DNA from: an uncultured Lachnospiraceae bacterium
GTDB taxonomy: Bacteria > Bacillota > Clostridia > Lachnospirales > Lachnospiraceae
Direction of reading: 5' to 3'
DNA: 64,000 bases
Assembly (NCBI GenBank): GCA_946543465.1
Contig: CAMNLR010000149.1
Location: forward strand, 8,845-72,844
Part shown: positions 9,851 to 20,166 of the stretch, piece after piece
Numbering within the stretch: position 1 is the first letter of the stretch
Layout of the letters: every line of letters starts with the position of its first letter
Notes under the pieces: generated by a model
What the model was told of the DNA's origin: nothing
Databases searched by the model: none
The model's input: the letters and a program-made list of their open reading frames with translations, nothing else
Position numbers and translations under genes: made by a program

Positions 9851-11563
9851 ATGACTCAGCAGGATCATACCTATATTGCGATCGATCTGAAGTCCTTTTA
9901 TGCCTCCGTGGAGTGCATGGACAGGGGGCTTGATCCGCTGACGACAAATCTGGTCGTGGCGGATGCTTCCCGCACGGAGAAGACGATCTGTCTTGCCGTT
10001 TCCCCCTCCATGAAGGCATACGGTATCCCCGGCCGGCCGCGCCTCTTTGAAGTCGTGCAGCGGATGAATGAAGTGAACAGGGAGAGAAGCCGGAAGATCA
10101 GTGCTTTTTCAGAAAAGGCCTCCCGGAGCAGTGAGGCGGCCGGCGAAGCTGCTTCCGACAGCCCCTTTTCCGCCAGTTCCTGTTCTGCGCCGGAGCTTGC
10201 GGCGGATCCGACCCTGAAGGCGGACTATATCACTGCTGTCCCCCGCATGGCGCATTACATCGAATACAGCACCAGGATCTATGAAATCTATCTCCGCTAT
10301 ATCGCGCCGGAGGATATCCATGTCTATTCCATCGACGAGGTCATGATGGATGTGACAAGGTACCTGGTCCTCTACAAAAAGACCGCCCACGAGCTTGCCA
10401 TGGAGATGATCCGGGCGGTTTTGAAGGAGACCGGGATCACAGCCACTGCGGGCATCGGCCCCAACCTCTATCTCTGCAAGATCGCCATGGATATAGAGGC
10501 CAAACATACGGCTCCGGACGCCGACGGCGTGCGGATCGCCAAGCTGGATGAGATGAGCTATCGCCGGAAACTCTGGAGCCATCGCCCCATCACCGATTTC
10601 TGGCGTGTGGGCAAAGGGACGGCAAAAAAACTGGCTCGCTACGGCATGTTTACCATGGGGGATGTCGCAAGGTATTCCCTGAAGGATGAGGATCTGCTCT
10701 ACAAACTGTTCGGGGTCAACGCGGAGCTTCTCATAGACCATGCCTGGGGCTGGGAGCCCTGCACGATTGATTATATCAAGGCCTACAGACCGGAGAACCG
10801 GTCCTTCAGCGCCGGACAGGTCCTGCAGTGTCCCTATGAATTTGAAAAAGCCCGGATCGTGGTGCTGGAGATGGCGGACGCCGCGGCCCTGGACCTGGTC
10901 GAAAAGCGTCTTGTGGCGGACCAGATGGTACTGACCGTGGTCTACGACAAGGGGAACCTGACCGACCCCGCAATCCGCGAGAAATACAGGGGACCTGTGA
11001 AAAAGGACTGGTACGGAAGGATGGCCCCCAAACCTGCCCATGGAACGGTCAATCTCGGCCGCCATACCTCTTCCTCCAGGATCATCACCGACGCTGTGCT
11101 CGATCTCTATGACAGGATCGTCGATCCGGATCTCCTGGTCCGCAGAATATTTCTCGTGACCAACCATGTCATTGAGGAGGCAGAGCCGAAAAAGGTCCCG
11201 GGAAAAGATCATCCCCTATACGCACATGCGGACAGGGGAAAGAATCGGGAGAATCACGGAGAGAAGGATGCGGAAGTAGAAGGGCGGGAAAACCGGAAAA
11301 CAGACAGCGGAATAATGCCGGACAGCGGAGAAGATGTGCAGGCCGGCAGCTGGCAGCAGCTGGATCTGTTTACAGATTATCAAGCTCTGGAAGAGAAGAA
11401 GGAGCGCGAAAAAGCTGCTCTGGAAAAGGAGCGCAGGCTGCAGGAGGCCATGCTGCAGATCCGCAGAAAATTCGGCAAAAATGCGATCTTAAAAGGCACC
11501 AGCCTGCAGGAAGGCGCCACCATGCGGGACCGCAATCAGAGTATCGGAGGACACAAGGCCTGA
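9851..11563 (+). CDS. Y-family translesion DNA polymerase (ImpB/MucB/SamB; UmuC/DinB-like)
   Basis: IDLKSFYASVE, YSIDE and DFWRVG motifs; QLDLF clamp-binding motif; C-terminal IGGHKA. Confidence 0.92.
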   Translation: MTQQDHTYIAIDLKSFYASVECMDRGLDPLTTNLVVADASRTEKTICLAVSPSMKAYGIPGRPRLFEVVQRMNEVNRERSRKISAFSEKASRSSEAAGEAASDSPFSASSCSAPELAADPTLKADYITAVPRMAHYIEYSTRIYEIYLRYIAPEDIHVYSIDEVMMDVTRYLVLYKKTAHELAMEMIRAVLKETGITATAGIGPNLYLCKIAMDIEAKHTAPDADGVRIAKLDEMSYRRKLWSHRPITDFWRVGKGTAKKLARYGMFTMGDVARYSLKDEDLLYKLFGVNAELLIDHAWGWEPCTIDYIKAYRPENRSFSAGQVLQCPYEFEKARIVVLEMADAAALDLVEKRLVADQMVLTVVYDKGNLTDPAIREKYRGPVKKDWYGRMAPKPAHGTVNLGRHTSSSRIITDAVLDLYDRIVDPDLLVRRIFLVTNHVIEEAEPKKVPGKDHPLYAHADRGKNRENHGEKDAEVEGRENRKTDSGIMPDSGEDVQAGSWQQLDLFTDYQALEEKKEREKAALEKERRLQEAMLQIRRKFGKNAILKGTSLQEGATMRDRNQSIGGHKA

Positions 11564-11597
11564 CGCAGAGAAAAGAAGTAAGAAGGACAGGATCAAA

Positions 11598-11804
11598 ATG
11601 ACTGACCAGTATGAAGATATCATCAACCTTCCCCATCCGGTTTCCAAAAAGCACCCGCAGATGTCCATGGAAGAGCGGGCCGCCCAGTTTGCGCCTTTTG
11701 CAGCGCTGACGGGGCACGGGGAAGCAATACGGAAAACGGCGGAGCATGTTGCCGAGAGTTTTGAGAAAGAGGAGTTTATTCCAGAGGCTCCTCACCGTAT
11801 TTGA
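11598..11804 (+). CDS. Short YolD-like protein (partner of the Y-family polymerase), possibly truncated
   Basis: YEDIINLPHPVS...RAAQFAPFAALTG motif typical of genes following these polymerases; 3' end overlaps the next gene by 29 bp. Confidence 0.75.
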   Translation: MTDQYEDIINLPHPVSKKHPQMSMEERAAQFAPFAALTGHGEAIRKTAEHVAESFEKEEFIPEAPHRI

Positions 11805-12210
11805 AGAGCAGAAGATTTGCCTCATCCACACCTGCCTTCTGGTTGATCGCAACGGTGAGGATGATATCCCTGCGCTTTCTTGGATAGAGCACGGCATTGC
11901 CGCTCAGTTCCAGTGCCCGGGTCGTCTCTTTGAGACTCAGACCGGCACCCAGGCATAGACGAAGGACTTTGTCCTGACCGGGATTTCGGGTTCCCTTCAT
12001 GACCTGATAGAAATAGGACCGTTCCAGGCCGCTCCTTTGGATCAGCTCAGCACTGTCCATGCTGTGTACAGCGGGCAGAGAGCGGAAATATTCTGCAAAA
12101 ATTCTGAAGTTCCCCTTTACTCTGGGAATTTCCATATACTGCTCCATTTCCCGCGGGGAATCTATTTTGGCAAGTATTTCAGCCAGCTGTTTTGTTGTGG
12201 ATTTATTCAT
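11776..12210 (-). CDS. XRE-like helix-turn-helix protein, paralog A
   Basis: ELIQRSGLERSYFYQVMKGTRNPGQDKVLRLC HTH; conserved LYPRKRRD; GGGAG RBS; about 74% identical to paralog B by manual count. Confidence 0.85.
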   Translation of the reverse strand: MNKSTTKQLAEILAKIDSPREMEQYMEIPRVKGNFRIFAEYFRSLPAVHSMDSAELIQRSGLERSYFYQVMKGTRNPGQDKVLRLCLGAGLSLKETTRALELSGNAVLYPRKRRDIILTVAINQKAGVDEANLLLFKYGEEPLE

Positions 12211-12240
12211 GGCGCCCAGTCTCCCTGAGATGACAATAAT

Positions 12241-12293
12241 ACCCGGAAATATGATAGATCATTTCGATTTTATCATATTTCCGGGTGTTTTTT
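12241..12293 (+). terminator. 16-bp perfect inverted repeat with T-tract on the + strand
   Basis: ACCCGGAAATATGATA-N14-TATCATATTTCCGGGT followed by GTTTTTT. Confidence 0.6.
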
Positions 12294-12378
12294 ATCCACA
12301 CCAAACAATAACTTCATTGCACAATGCCTGTGGCATCAGTCAGGAGATCAATGCAGGGCTGGCTGGCGAGTTTTGTTT

Positions 12379-12813
12379 TTATCCCAGTGGCTTTTCCCCG
12401 TATTTGAAGAGCAGCAGGTTGGTATCATCGACATCTGCCATCTGATTGACGGCGACCGTGAGAATGATATCCCTGCGCTTTCTCGGATAGAGAACGGCAT
12501 TGCCGCTCAGTTCCAGTGCCCGGGTGGTTTCCTTCAGGTTCAGATCGGCAGCAAGACACAGCCGCAGGACTTTGTCGCGCCCGGGACGGCGTGTACCTTT
12601 CATCACCTGGTAGTAATAGGATCTTTCCAGCCCGCTGTTGCGGATCAGCTCGCCGCTGTCCATTTCCTGCACCGCATCCAGGGAACGGAAATAGTCCGGA
12701 AATGTCTGAAAACTGTCCGCCACCTTTGGAAGATCCATGTATTCTTCCATTTCGCGGGCGGAGTCAATGTTTGAAAGAATCTTTGCAAGATTACTGGTTG
12801 TAGAGTCTTCCAT
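12379..12813 (-). CDS. XRE-like helix-turn-helix protein, paralog B
   Basis: Same 144-aa architecture as paralog A; GAGGAGG RBS. Confidence 0.87.
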   Translation of the reverse strand: MEDSTTSNLAKILSNIDSAREMEEYMDLPKVADSFQTFPDYFRSLDAVQEMDSGELIRNSGLERSYYYQVMKGTRRPGRDKVLRLCLAADLNLKETTRALELSGNAVLYPRKRRDIILTVAVNQMADVDDTNLLLFKYGEKPLG

Positions 12814-12863
12814 GATGTCCGGACCTCCTCTTCTTTTGGCATATTTTACATCTGTTCTGAGCC

Positions 12864-12907
12864 ATTATAAATCATTTTTCCATGCAGGCTGTGGGCTGAC
12901 AGCCCAC
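12864..12907 (-). promoter_or_regulatory. -10 box (TATAAT) with a perfect palindrome GTGGGCTG-A-CAGCCCAC 21 bp upstream
   Basis: ATTATA at 12864-12869 on the + strand; palindrome at 12891-12907. Confidence 0.55.
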
Positions 12908-12939
12908 CAAATAGATACTTCCAGCCGATAAAATGTTTT

Positions 12940-12968
12940 TTGACAAAGACGGAGAAGACATATACTAT
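12940..12968 (+). promoter_or_regulatory. SigA-type promoter facing the kinase gene
   Basis: TTGACA-17 bp-TACTAT. Confidence 0.7.
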
Positions 12969-13180
12969 TTGACGTGAATGAACTTCACCGCTGTAATTCG
13001 GAGGGACAGAAGGGATGCCATTATCTTGTCTGATGTGACGGATTGTTTCTGTGCTTTTTCTGTCCGGGGGTAGTGATTTACAGCACCACAGAAAATGCGG
13101 TATTTTCTTTTGACAGAAAAAAGAGGAAAGCATAAAACGGCGGTTGAGATTCAAACAGGGTATTGTAAAGGAAACAGAAA

Positions 13181-15376
13181 ATGACGGAACTGGAAAAGCT
13201 GTGCGAACAGGCACTATATGAAGAAATACAGGATCTGGGAGACGGAAAGTCCATCGTCAGGGATGTCCCGACGGGCAGACTGCTCTACAGGAAAGTGCTG
13301 ACAGTCTACAACATTCAGGTTTTTGCATTTCTGAAAGATCATAAAAGCCGGCATGTTCCCCGGGTGGAGTCCTTCAGAGAGGATGAGAATACCCTGATCG
13401 TCATTGAGGAACTCGTGCAGGGCAGAACGCTGGAGGAGATATTGGGTGATGACGGGGAACCCCTGTCGTTTCAGGAAAAAATCCGCATTCTGACGGAACT
13501 GTGTGACGGCCTGTCTTTCCTGCACAGTGCGCAGCCTCCCATTATCCACCGCGACCTGAAGGCCTCCAATATCATGCTGACAGAGGACGGTGTGGTCAAG
13601 ATCATCGATTACGATGCCGCCAAGGTCTATATCAGCGGAGAGAAAAAGGACACTGTCCTGATGGGCACTCACGGGGTGGCGGCACCGGAGCAGTACGGTT
13701 TTGCCGCCTCGGATGTGCGCACGGATATTTTCGGGCTCGGCAAGCTGATCGAGAGGATGCTTCCGGACAATGCGGATGCTGCCGGGATCGTGGAGAAAGC
13801 CACCCATATGGATCCCCAGAAGCGCTATTCTTCTGCAGCCCAGATCAGGGAGCAGATCCTCCGCATCCGCGAACATGCATCTTCCTTTGATACCCGTCTG
13901 GAAAAGCTGGTTCCGGGCTTCGACCCCCGCCGAAAAAAACACCGCCTTCTGGCGCGCGCCCTGGCTGTTGTTTTGTGCGCGGCAATTCTGCTGGGCTGTG
14001 CGCTTGCAGTCTGGAGATTGGGGATTTATCCCGAAAAGCGGCGGGAAGCCATACATTCCTGGCTGGATGCCATACAGACTGTGGCGGAGAATGAAGGTGA
14101 TACAGGCGGGGTGATTGACAGCTTTCTTGTTCAGTTCCCCTATGAAAAGATGAGCGGGGAGGAACAGCGCCTCTTCAGAGATGCCATGGAAGACGCCCTG
14201 GCAGAGTACACGGCGGCAGATGAGAGGACGGAATCTTTTTACAAAGTGCTTTCAGACCGGCAGGTTGACGAACAGGACATCGAAACCATCCGGCAGTATG
14301 CAGAAACCGAAAGGCTGCTGGACAGCGGAGCCTTTGAGAGTGCATTCAGCAAGCTGAGCTCCTGCAGGGATGCAGGGGCTGTGGATGCGGAGGAAAAATG
14401 GGAGAATGCCCTGCAGCGCTGCAGGAAAAAAGCGGTCTCTGCGGAAAAATCTTTTGATGAGAAAGGAACGCTGGCCGATGCCCGCAGAGCAATGGAGTTC
14501 TATGAGCTGCTGATCAGGAACGGCGGAGAGACTGCATCTGCGGATGCAGAGGAATCCTACGACCGGGTGTTCCGGGCAGTGCTCGATCAGGCGGATGCCG
14601 CAGGCAGAGACGGAAAATACGAAGACGCGGAAAAGAAATATGTCATGTTGCAGGACTTCCGGAATACCGAAAAGACGGCACAGATCGACCTTGAAGAAAG
14701 AATAAAGGCAAATCAGTACAGCAGGGCAGAGAGCTTTGTCAAAGATGAAAATTACAGCTCTGCGCGCGGGATCTTTGAGGAACTGGGCGATTACAGCGAC
14801 TCTGCCGCTCAGGTACTGAAGTGCGAGTACCTGAATGCCGAACAGTACATGCAGAATGAGAAATACAAGGAGGCGGCAGCAGCTTACGCTCTCTGTCCCG
14901 GCTATGAAGATGCAGACGCAAAGCTCATGGAAGCCAGATACAGGCACTGCCTGGAAGTCTGCGAAAAGCCTGACGATGACGCTTATGCCTGGATCACAGG
15001 ACTTGTGGACGCCGGATATCCCGGCGCACAGGACGTGAAGAATACCATGTATCAGTGGCACGTAGTAATCAAAAACGAAATCAGTCTTCTCATGGGGTCC
15101 CAGCAGTCCACACATATCCGGGGCTATCTGTACGGCGGTCTGCCCGAGGCATCCACCCGGATCAGGTTGGAAACAATTGACAATGTAACAGGGGACCGCT
15201 CCTCCTGGACCTCACCGGAAGCCTGCTCCCGGGGCGGTTATGTTGACGCAAGCTACAATGTCAATACCTTTGAGTTCAGCATTTTTGAGCGTGAACATAC
15301 AGTCAATGCCTACTCTGACGACGGAAAACTGATCGGCAGCTGGACCGGTGTCTTCACGAAGGAGTTTACCATGTGA
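13181..15376 (+). CDS. Membrane Ser/Thr protein kinase with extracellular TPR-like helical repeats
   Basis: IIHRDLKASN, IIDYD in place of DFG, GTHGVAAPEQY; TM helix near aa 260-280; LGDYSDS and PGYEDA repeats. Confidence 0.9.
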   Translation: MTELEKLCEQALYEEIQDLGDGKSIVRDVPTGRLLYRKVLTVYNIQVFAFLKDHKSRHVPRVESFREDENTLIVIEELVQGRTLEEILGDDGEPLSFQEKIRILTELCDGLSFLHSAQPPIIHRDLKASNIMLTEDGVVKIIDYDAAKVYISGEKKDTVLMGTHGVAAPEQYGFAASDVRTDIFGLGKLIERMLPDNADAAGIVEKATHMDPQKRYSSAAQIREQILRIREHASSFDTRLEKLVPGFDPRRKKHRLLARALAVVLCAAILLGCALAVWRLGIYPEKRREAIHSWLDAIQTVAENEGDTGGVIDSFLVQFPYEKMSGEEQRLFRDAMEDALAEYTAADERTESFYKVLSDRQVDEQDIETIRQYAETERLLDSGAFESAFSKLSSCRDAGAVDAEEKWENALQRCRKKAVSAEKSFDEKGTLADARRAMEFYELLIRNGGETASADAEESYDRVFRAVLDQADAAGRDGKYEDAEKKYVMLQDFRNTEKTAQIDLEERIKANQYSRAESFVKDENYSSARGIFEELGDYSDSAAQVLKCEYLNAEQYMQNEKYKEAAAAYALCPGYEDADAKLMEARYRHCLEVCEKPDDDAYAWITGLVDAGYPGAQDVKNTMYQWHVVIKNEISLLMGSQQSTHIRGYLYGGLPEASTRIRLETIDNVTGDRSSWTSPEACSRGGYVDASYNVNTFEFSIFEREHTVNAYSDDGKLIGSWTGVFTKEFTM

Positions 15377-15422
15377 TTGATTCGATCGCCGCATTTGACG
15401 TAATGAAGTAAATTTGAGAACG

Positions 15423-15465
15423 AAAAGCCCGCTTTTGCATGTTTTCTGCAAAAGCGGGCTTTTTT
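15423..15465 (+). terminator. Intrinsic terminator
   Basis: AAAAGCCCGCTTTTGCA/TGCAAAAGCGGGCTTTT stem followed by T run. Confidence 0.85.
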
Positions 15466-15616
15466 ATGCAGATAATTACAACATATGCAGGTAGTTATGT
15501 ATTTTATGCGCTCTGTCCTCCCTGATTACTCGAAATACTGTGATTTTATCATAAATTCTGCCCGTTTTTTTAGACGAATTACAGCAATTTTACTATAGAT
15601 AAACCCCCTTGTTTTG

Positions 15617-15645
15617 TTGACCTTTGTATTTTGGAATTGTATAAT
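15617..15645 (+). promoter_or_regulatory. SigA-type promoter of the DUF3798 operon
   Basis: TTGACC-17 bp-TATAAT. Confidence 0.7.
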
Positions 15646-15776
15646 TGAATGCAAACTTGTACATAATCAAATAAATACTTGTATCAGTCTGCTTATGTAC
15701 GGGTAGCTGCATTCACACAACAGCTGTCCTGAATCCAGGGACGGCTGTAATATTTCATCAGGAGGAAGTTTTAGTT

Positions 15777-17060
15777 ATGAGAAAGAAACTTTTAGGCGTT
15801 CTCCTCGGAGCGGTCATGGCTCTTTCCCTCGCAGCCTGCGGCGGAAGCTCAGGCGCTGCGAAGATTGAGAGCACAGACTCTGCACCTGCAGCAGAAGCAG
15901 CGGCCACAACCGAGGAAGCCGCACCTGCAGAGGCAGAAGCGGTCGACGAGGATTTCCACATCGGTATCGTCACTGGTTCCGTATCCCAGTCCGAGGATGA
16001 CAGACGTGGCGCAGAGGCTTTCCAGGCCAAGTACGGCGAGGACAAAGTCACTCTGGCAATCTATCCCGACAACTTCACAGAGGAACTTGAGACCACGATC
16101 CAGACCATCGTAAACCTCTCCGATGATCCCAAGATGAAAGCCATCATTGTCAACCAGGCGATCCCCGGCACAACAGAAGCTTTCCGTCAGATCAAGGAGA
16201 AGAGGCCTGACATCATCTGCATCGCCGGCGAGTCCCACGAGGACCTTCCCGAGATCGGCTCCGCTGCAGACCTGGTCGTCAACAACGACTTCGTCGCCCG
16301 CGGCTATCTGATGATCAAGACCGCACATGATCTTGGCTGCGATACCTTTGTACACATTTCCTTCCCCCGTCATATGTCCTATGAGACTATGAGCCGCCGT
16401 GTCGCGGTCATGAAGGAAGCCTGCAAAGAGTTCGGCATGAAGTTTGAGATGGAGACTGCTCCCGATCCCACCACCGATGTCGGTGTTCCCGGTGCGCAGG
16501 CCTATATCCTCGAGCATGTTCCGGAGTGGATTGAGAAATACGGCACCAACTCCGCATACTTCTGCACCAACGATGCACACACAGAGCCTCTTCTGAAGCA
16601 GCTGCTCAAGTATGGTGGCTATTTCATCGAAGCTGACCTTCCTTCCCCTCTGATGGGCTATCCCGGAGCTCTCGGTCTTGATCTGACTGAGGAAGCGGGC
16701 GACTTCCAGAAGATTCTCGCAAAGGTTGAGAAGGCAGTTGTCGATGCAGGCGGCGAAGGCCGTTTCGGCACATGGGCTTACTCCTATGGCTACACTGTTT
16801 CCGCAGGCCTTGCAGAGCATGCAAGAAATGTCATCCTTGGTAAGAGCGAGCTCAACGACATCGATGCTATTTCTGCTGCTTACGGCGTTTTCTCCCCCGG
16901 CGCGGAGTGGAACGGCTCCAACTACACAAATGTTGATACCGGCGTCAAGGCGGACAACACCTTCCTGATCTACCAGGATACCTACATCATGGGCAATCCC
17001 GGACATTACATGGAAGCAACCAGTGTCGAAGTACCCGAGAAGTATTTCACTGTTAAATAA
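15777..17060 (+). CDS. DUF3798-family ABC substrate-binding lipoprotein
   Basis: Lipobox LAAC; HIGIVTGSVSQSED, HISFPRHMSYE, TAPDPT and CTNDAHTEPL motifs; AGGAGG RBS; strong codon bias. Confidence 0.88.
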   Translation: MRKKLLGVLLGAVMALSLAACGGSSGAAKIESTDSAPAAEAAATTEEAAPAEAEAVDEDFHIGIVTGSVSQSEDDRRGAEAFQAKYGEDKVTLAIYPDNFTEELETTIQTIVNLSDDPKMKAIIVNQAIPGTTEAFRQIKEKRPDIICIAGESHEDLPEIGSAADLVVNNDFVARGYLMIKTAHDLGCDTFVHISFPRHMSYETMSRRVAVMKEACKEFGMKFEMETAPDPTTDVGVPGAQAYILEHVPEWIEKYGTNSAYFCTNDAHTEPLLKQLLKYGGYFIEADLPSPLMGYPGALGLDLTEEAGDFQKILAKVEKAVVDAGGEGRFGTWAYSYGYTVSAGLAEHARNVILGKSELNDIDAISAAYGVFSPGAEWNGSNYTNVDTGVKADNTFLIYQDTYIMGNPGHYMEATSVEVPEKYFTVK

Positions 17061-17101
17061 GTGAAGACATCCCGTGAGTATATGCTCATATAAAGACGAT
17101 C

Positions 17102-17139
17102 AGGCGGGGAGGGACGCAATTTTTGTTCCTCCTCGCCTT
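17102..17139 (+). terminator. Stem-loop after the binding-protein gene (attenuator or mRNA stabiliser)
   Basis: AGGCGGGAGAGGGAC...GTTCCTCCTCGCCT with weak T tail. Confidence 0.55.
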
Positions 17140-17399
17140 GTTGTAAAGTTTTACGCTTTATCACGGCGATGATAAAAAGCGTGAAAATCCTGTACAGAAC
17201 TGCATGCAGACAACTGACTGTATAGGAACTTTATTGAATAAGGATTTGAAGGATGCGCACCGGTCAATGAACTTTTGCGCAATCCCGGTCCTGTGAAGAA
17301 CAGGATTGCGCAGCAGCTCATTGCAATGCTGCATCTGTTTCAGATGAAATTGCAACAGTAGTTTATTTACAATAACCGCAACAGGAAGGCAATAGTTTT

Positions 17400-18998
<1,599 letters not shown>

Positions 18999-19122
18999 AT
19001 CCGGCACAGGAAAAAATCCGGCGGGCCGGACAGATGGATTATTTTCCATGCGGCTAAGGCGCGGAGCGCCTATAATATGTGCCGGATCACAAATCTTCAT
19101 AGTCGATAAGGAAAAAACAATA

Positions 19123-20166
19123 ATGAAAGAAAAAATAATGGCTTCGCTGAAAAACTTCGGCGTTCCGCGTCTGATCATCACGGGCTTCCTGCTCCTTCTG
19201 CTGATCATGGCGCCCTTCGTCGGAGCGGATCTGCCGACGCAGATATCCAATATTATCAACCGTTTCAGCTGGAACGGCATTCTGGTTCTGGCCATGGTCC
19301 CCATGGTCCACTCCGGCTGCGGTCTGAACTTCGGACTGCCGCTTGGTATTATTTCAGGCCTTCTGGGCGCGACACTCTCCATTGAGCTGGGCTTTACGGG
19401 ACCGATTTCCTTCCTGGTCGCCATCCTGATCGCCACCCCCTTCGCCCTGGTGCTGGGCGCGGTCTACGGTTGGCTTCTCAACAAGATCAAGGGCGGCGAG
19501 ATGATGATCGCGACCTATGTCGGATTCTCCTCCGTCTCCTTCATGTGCATGATGTGGCTCCTTCTGCCTTACCACAGCCCCAATATGGTCTGGGGCCTTT
19601 CCGGCAAGGGCCTCCGTACCACTATTTCCCTGGAGGGCTATTACAACCAGGCACTGGCCGGCATCCTGCAGATCAATATCGGAAACATCTCCATCCCCAC
19701 AGGAACGATCCTCTTCTTTGCGCTCCTGGCCTTTGGCATCTGGGCATTTCTGCACACAAAGACAGGTACTGCCATGACGGCTGTCGGCTCCAACCCGACA
19801 TTCGCAAAGGCAGCCGGCATCAACGTGGACGGCATCCGCATGCTGTCTGTCATCATGTCGACCTGGCTCGCAGCCGTCGGCATCCTGGTCTATGAGCAGG
19901 GCTTCGGCTTCATCCAGCTCTACATGGCGCCCTTCTACATGGCGCTCCCGGCGGTCTCCGCCATCCTCATCGGCGGTGCGTCCGTCAATAAAGCAACCAT
20001 CATGAACGTTATCGTCGGCACGATCCTCTTCCAGGGTATCGTCACAATGACACCTACAGTCATGAACAACATGATCCACATGGATATGTCGGAAGTCATC
20101 CGAATCATCGCGTCCATGGGTATGATCCTGTTCGCACTGACCAGAAAGACGGAGGTATCGAAATGA
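19123..20166 (+). CDS. ABC transporter permease
   Basis: Multi-TM; GLNFG and AMTAVGSN..AGIN motifs; start placed at ATG 19123 after AAGGA. Confidence 0.9.
   Translation: MKEKIMASLKNFGVPRLIITGFLLLLLIMAPFVGADLPTQISNIINRFSWNGILVLAMVPMVHSGCGLNFGLPLGIISGLLGATLSIELGFTGPISFLVAILIATPFALVLGAVYGWLLNKIKGGEMMIATYVGFSSVSFMCMMWLLLPYHSPNMVWGLSGKGLRTTISLEGYYNQALAGILQINIGNISIPTGTILFFALLAFGIWAFLHTKTGTAMTAVGSNPTFAKAAGINVDGIRMLSVIMSTWLAAVGILVYEQGFGFIQLYMAPFYMALPAVSAILIGGASVNKATIMNVIVGTILFQGIVTMTPTVMNNMIHMDMSEVIRIIASMGMILFALTRKTEVSK

Noticed and set aside
9851-15376. Polymerase-HTH-kinase block as a prophage or ICE
   Set aside because: No integrase, transposase, att repeats or clear compositional boundary seen
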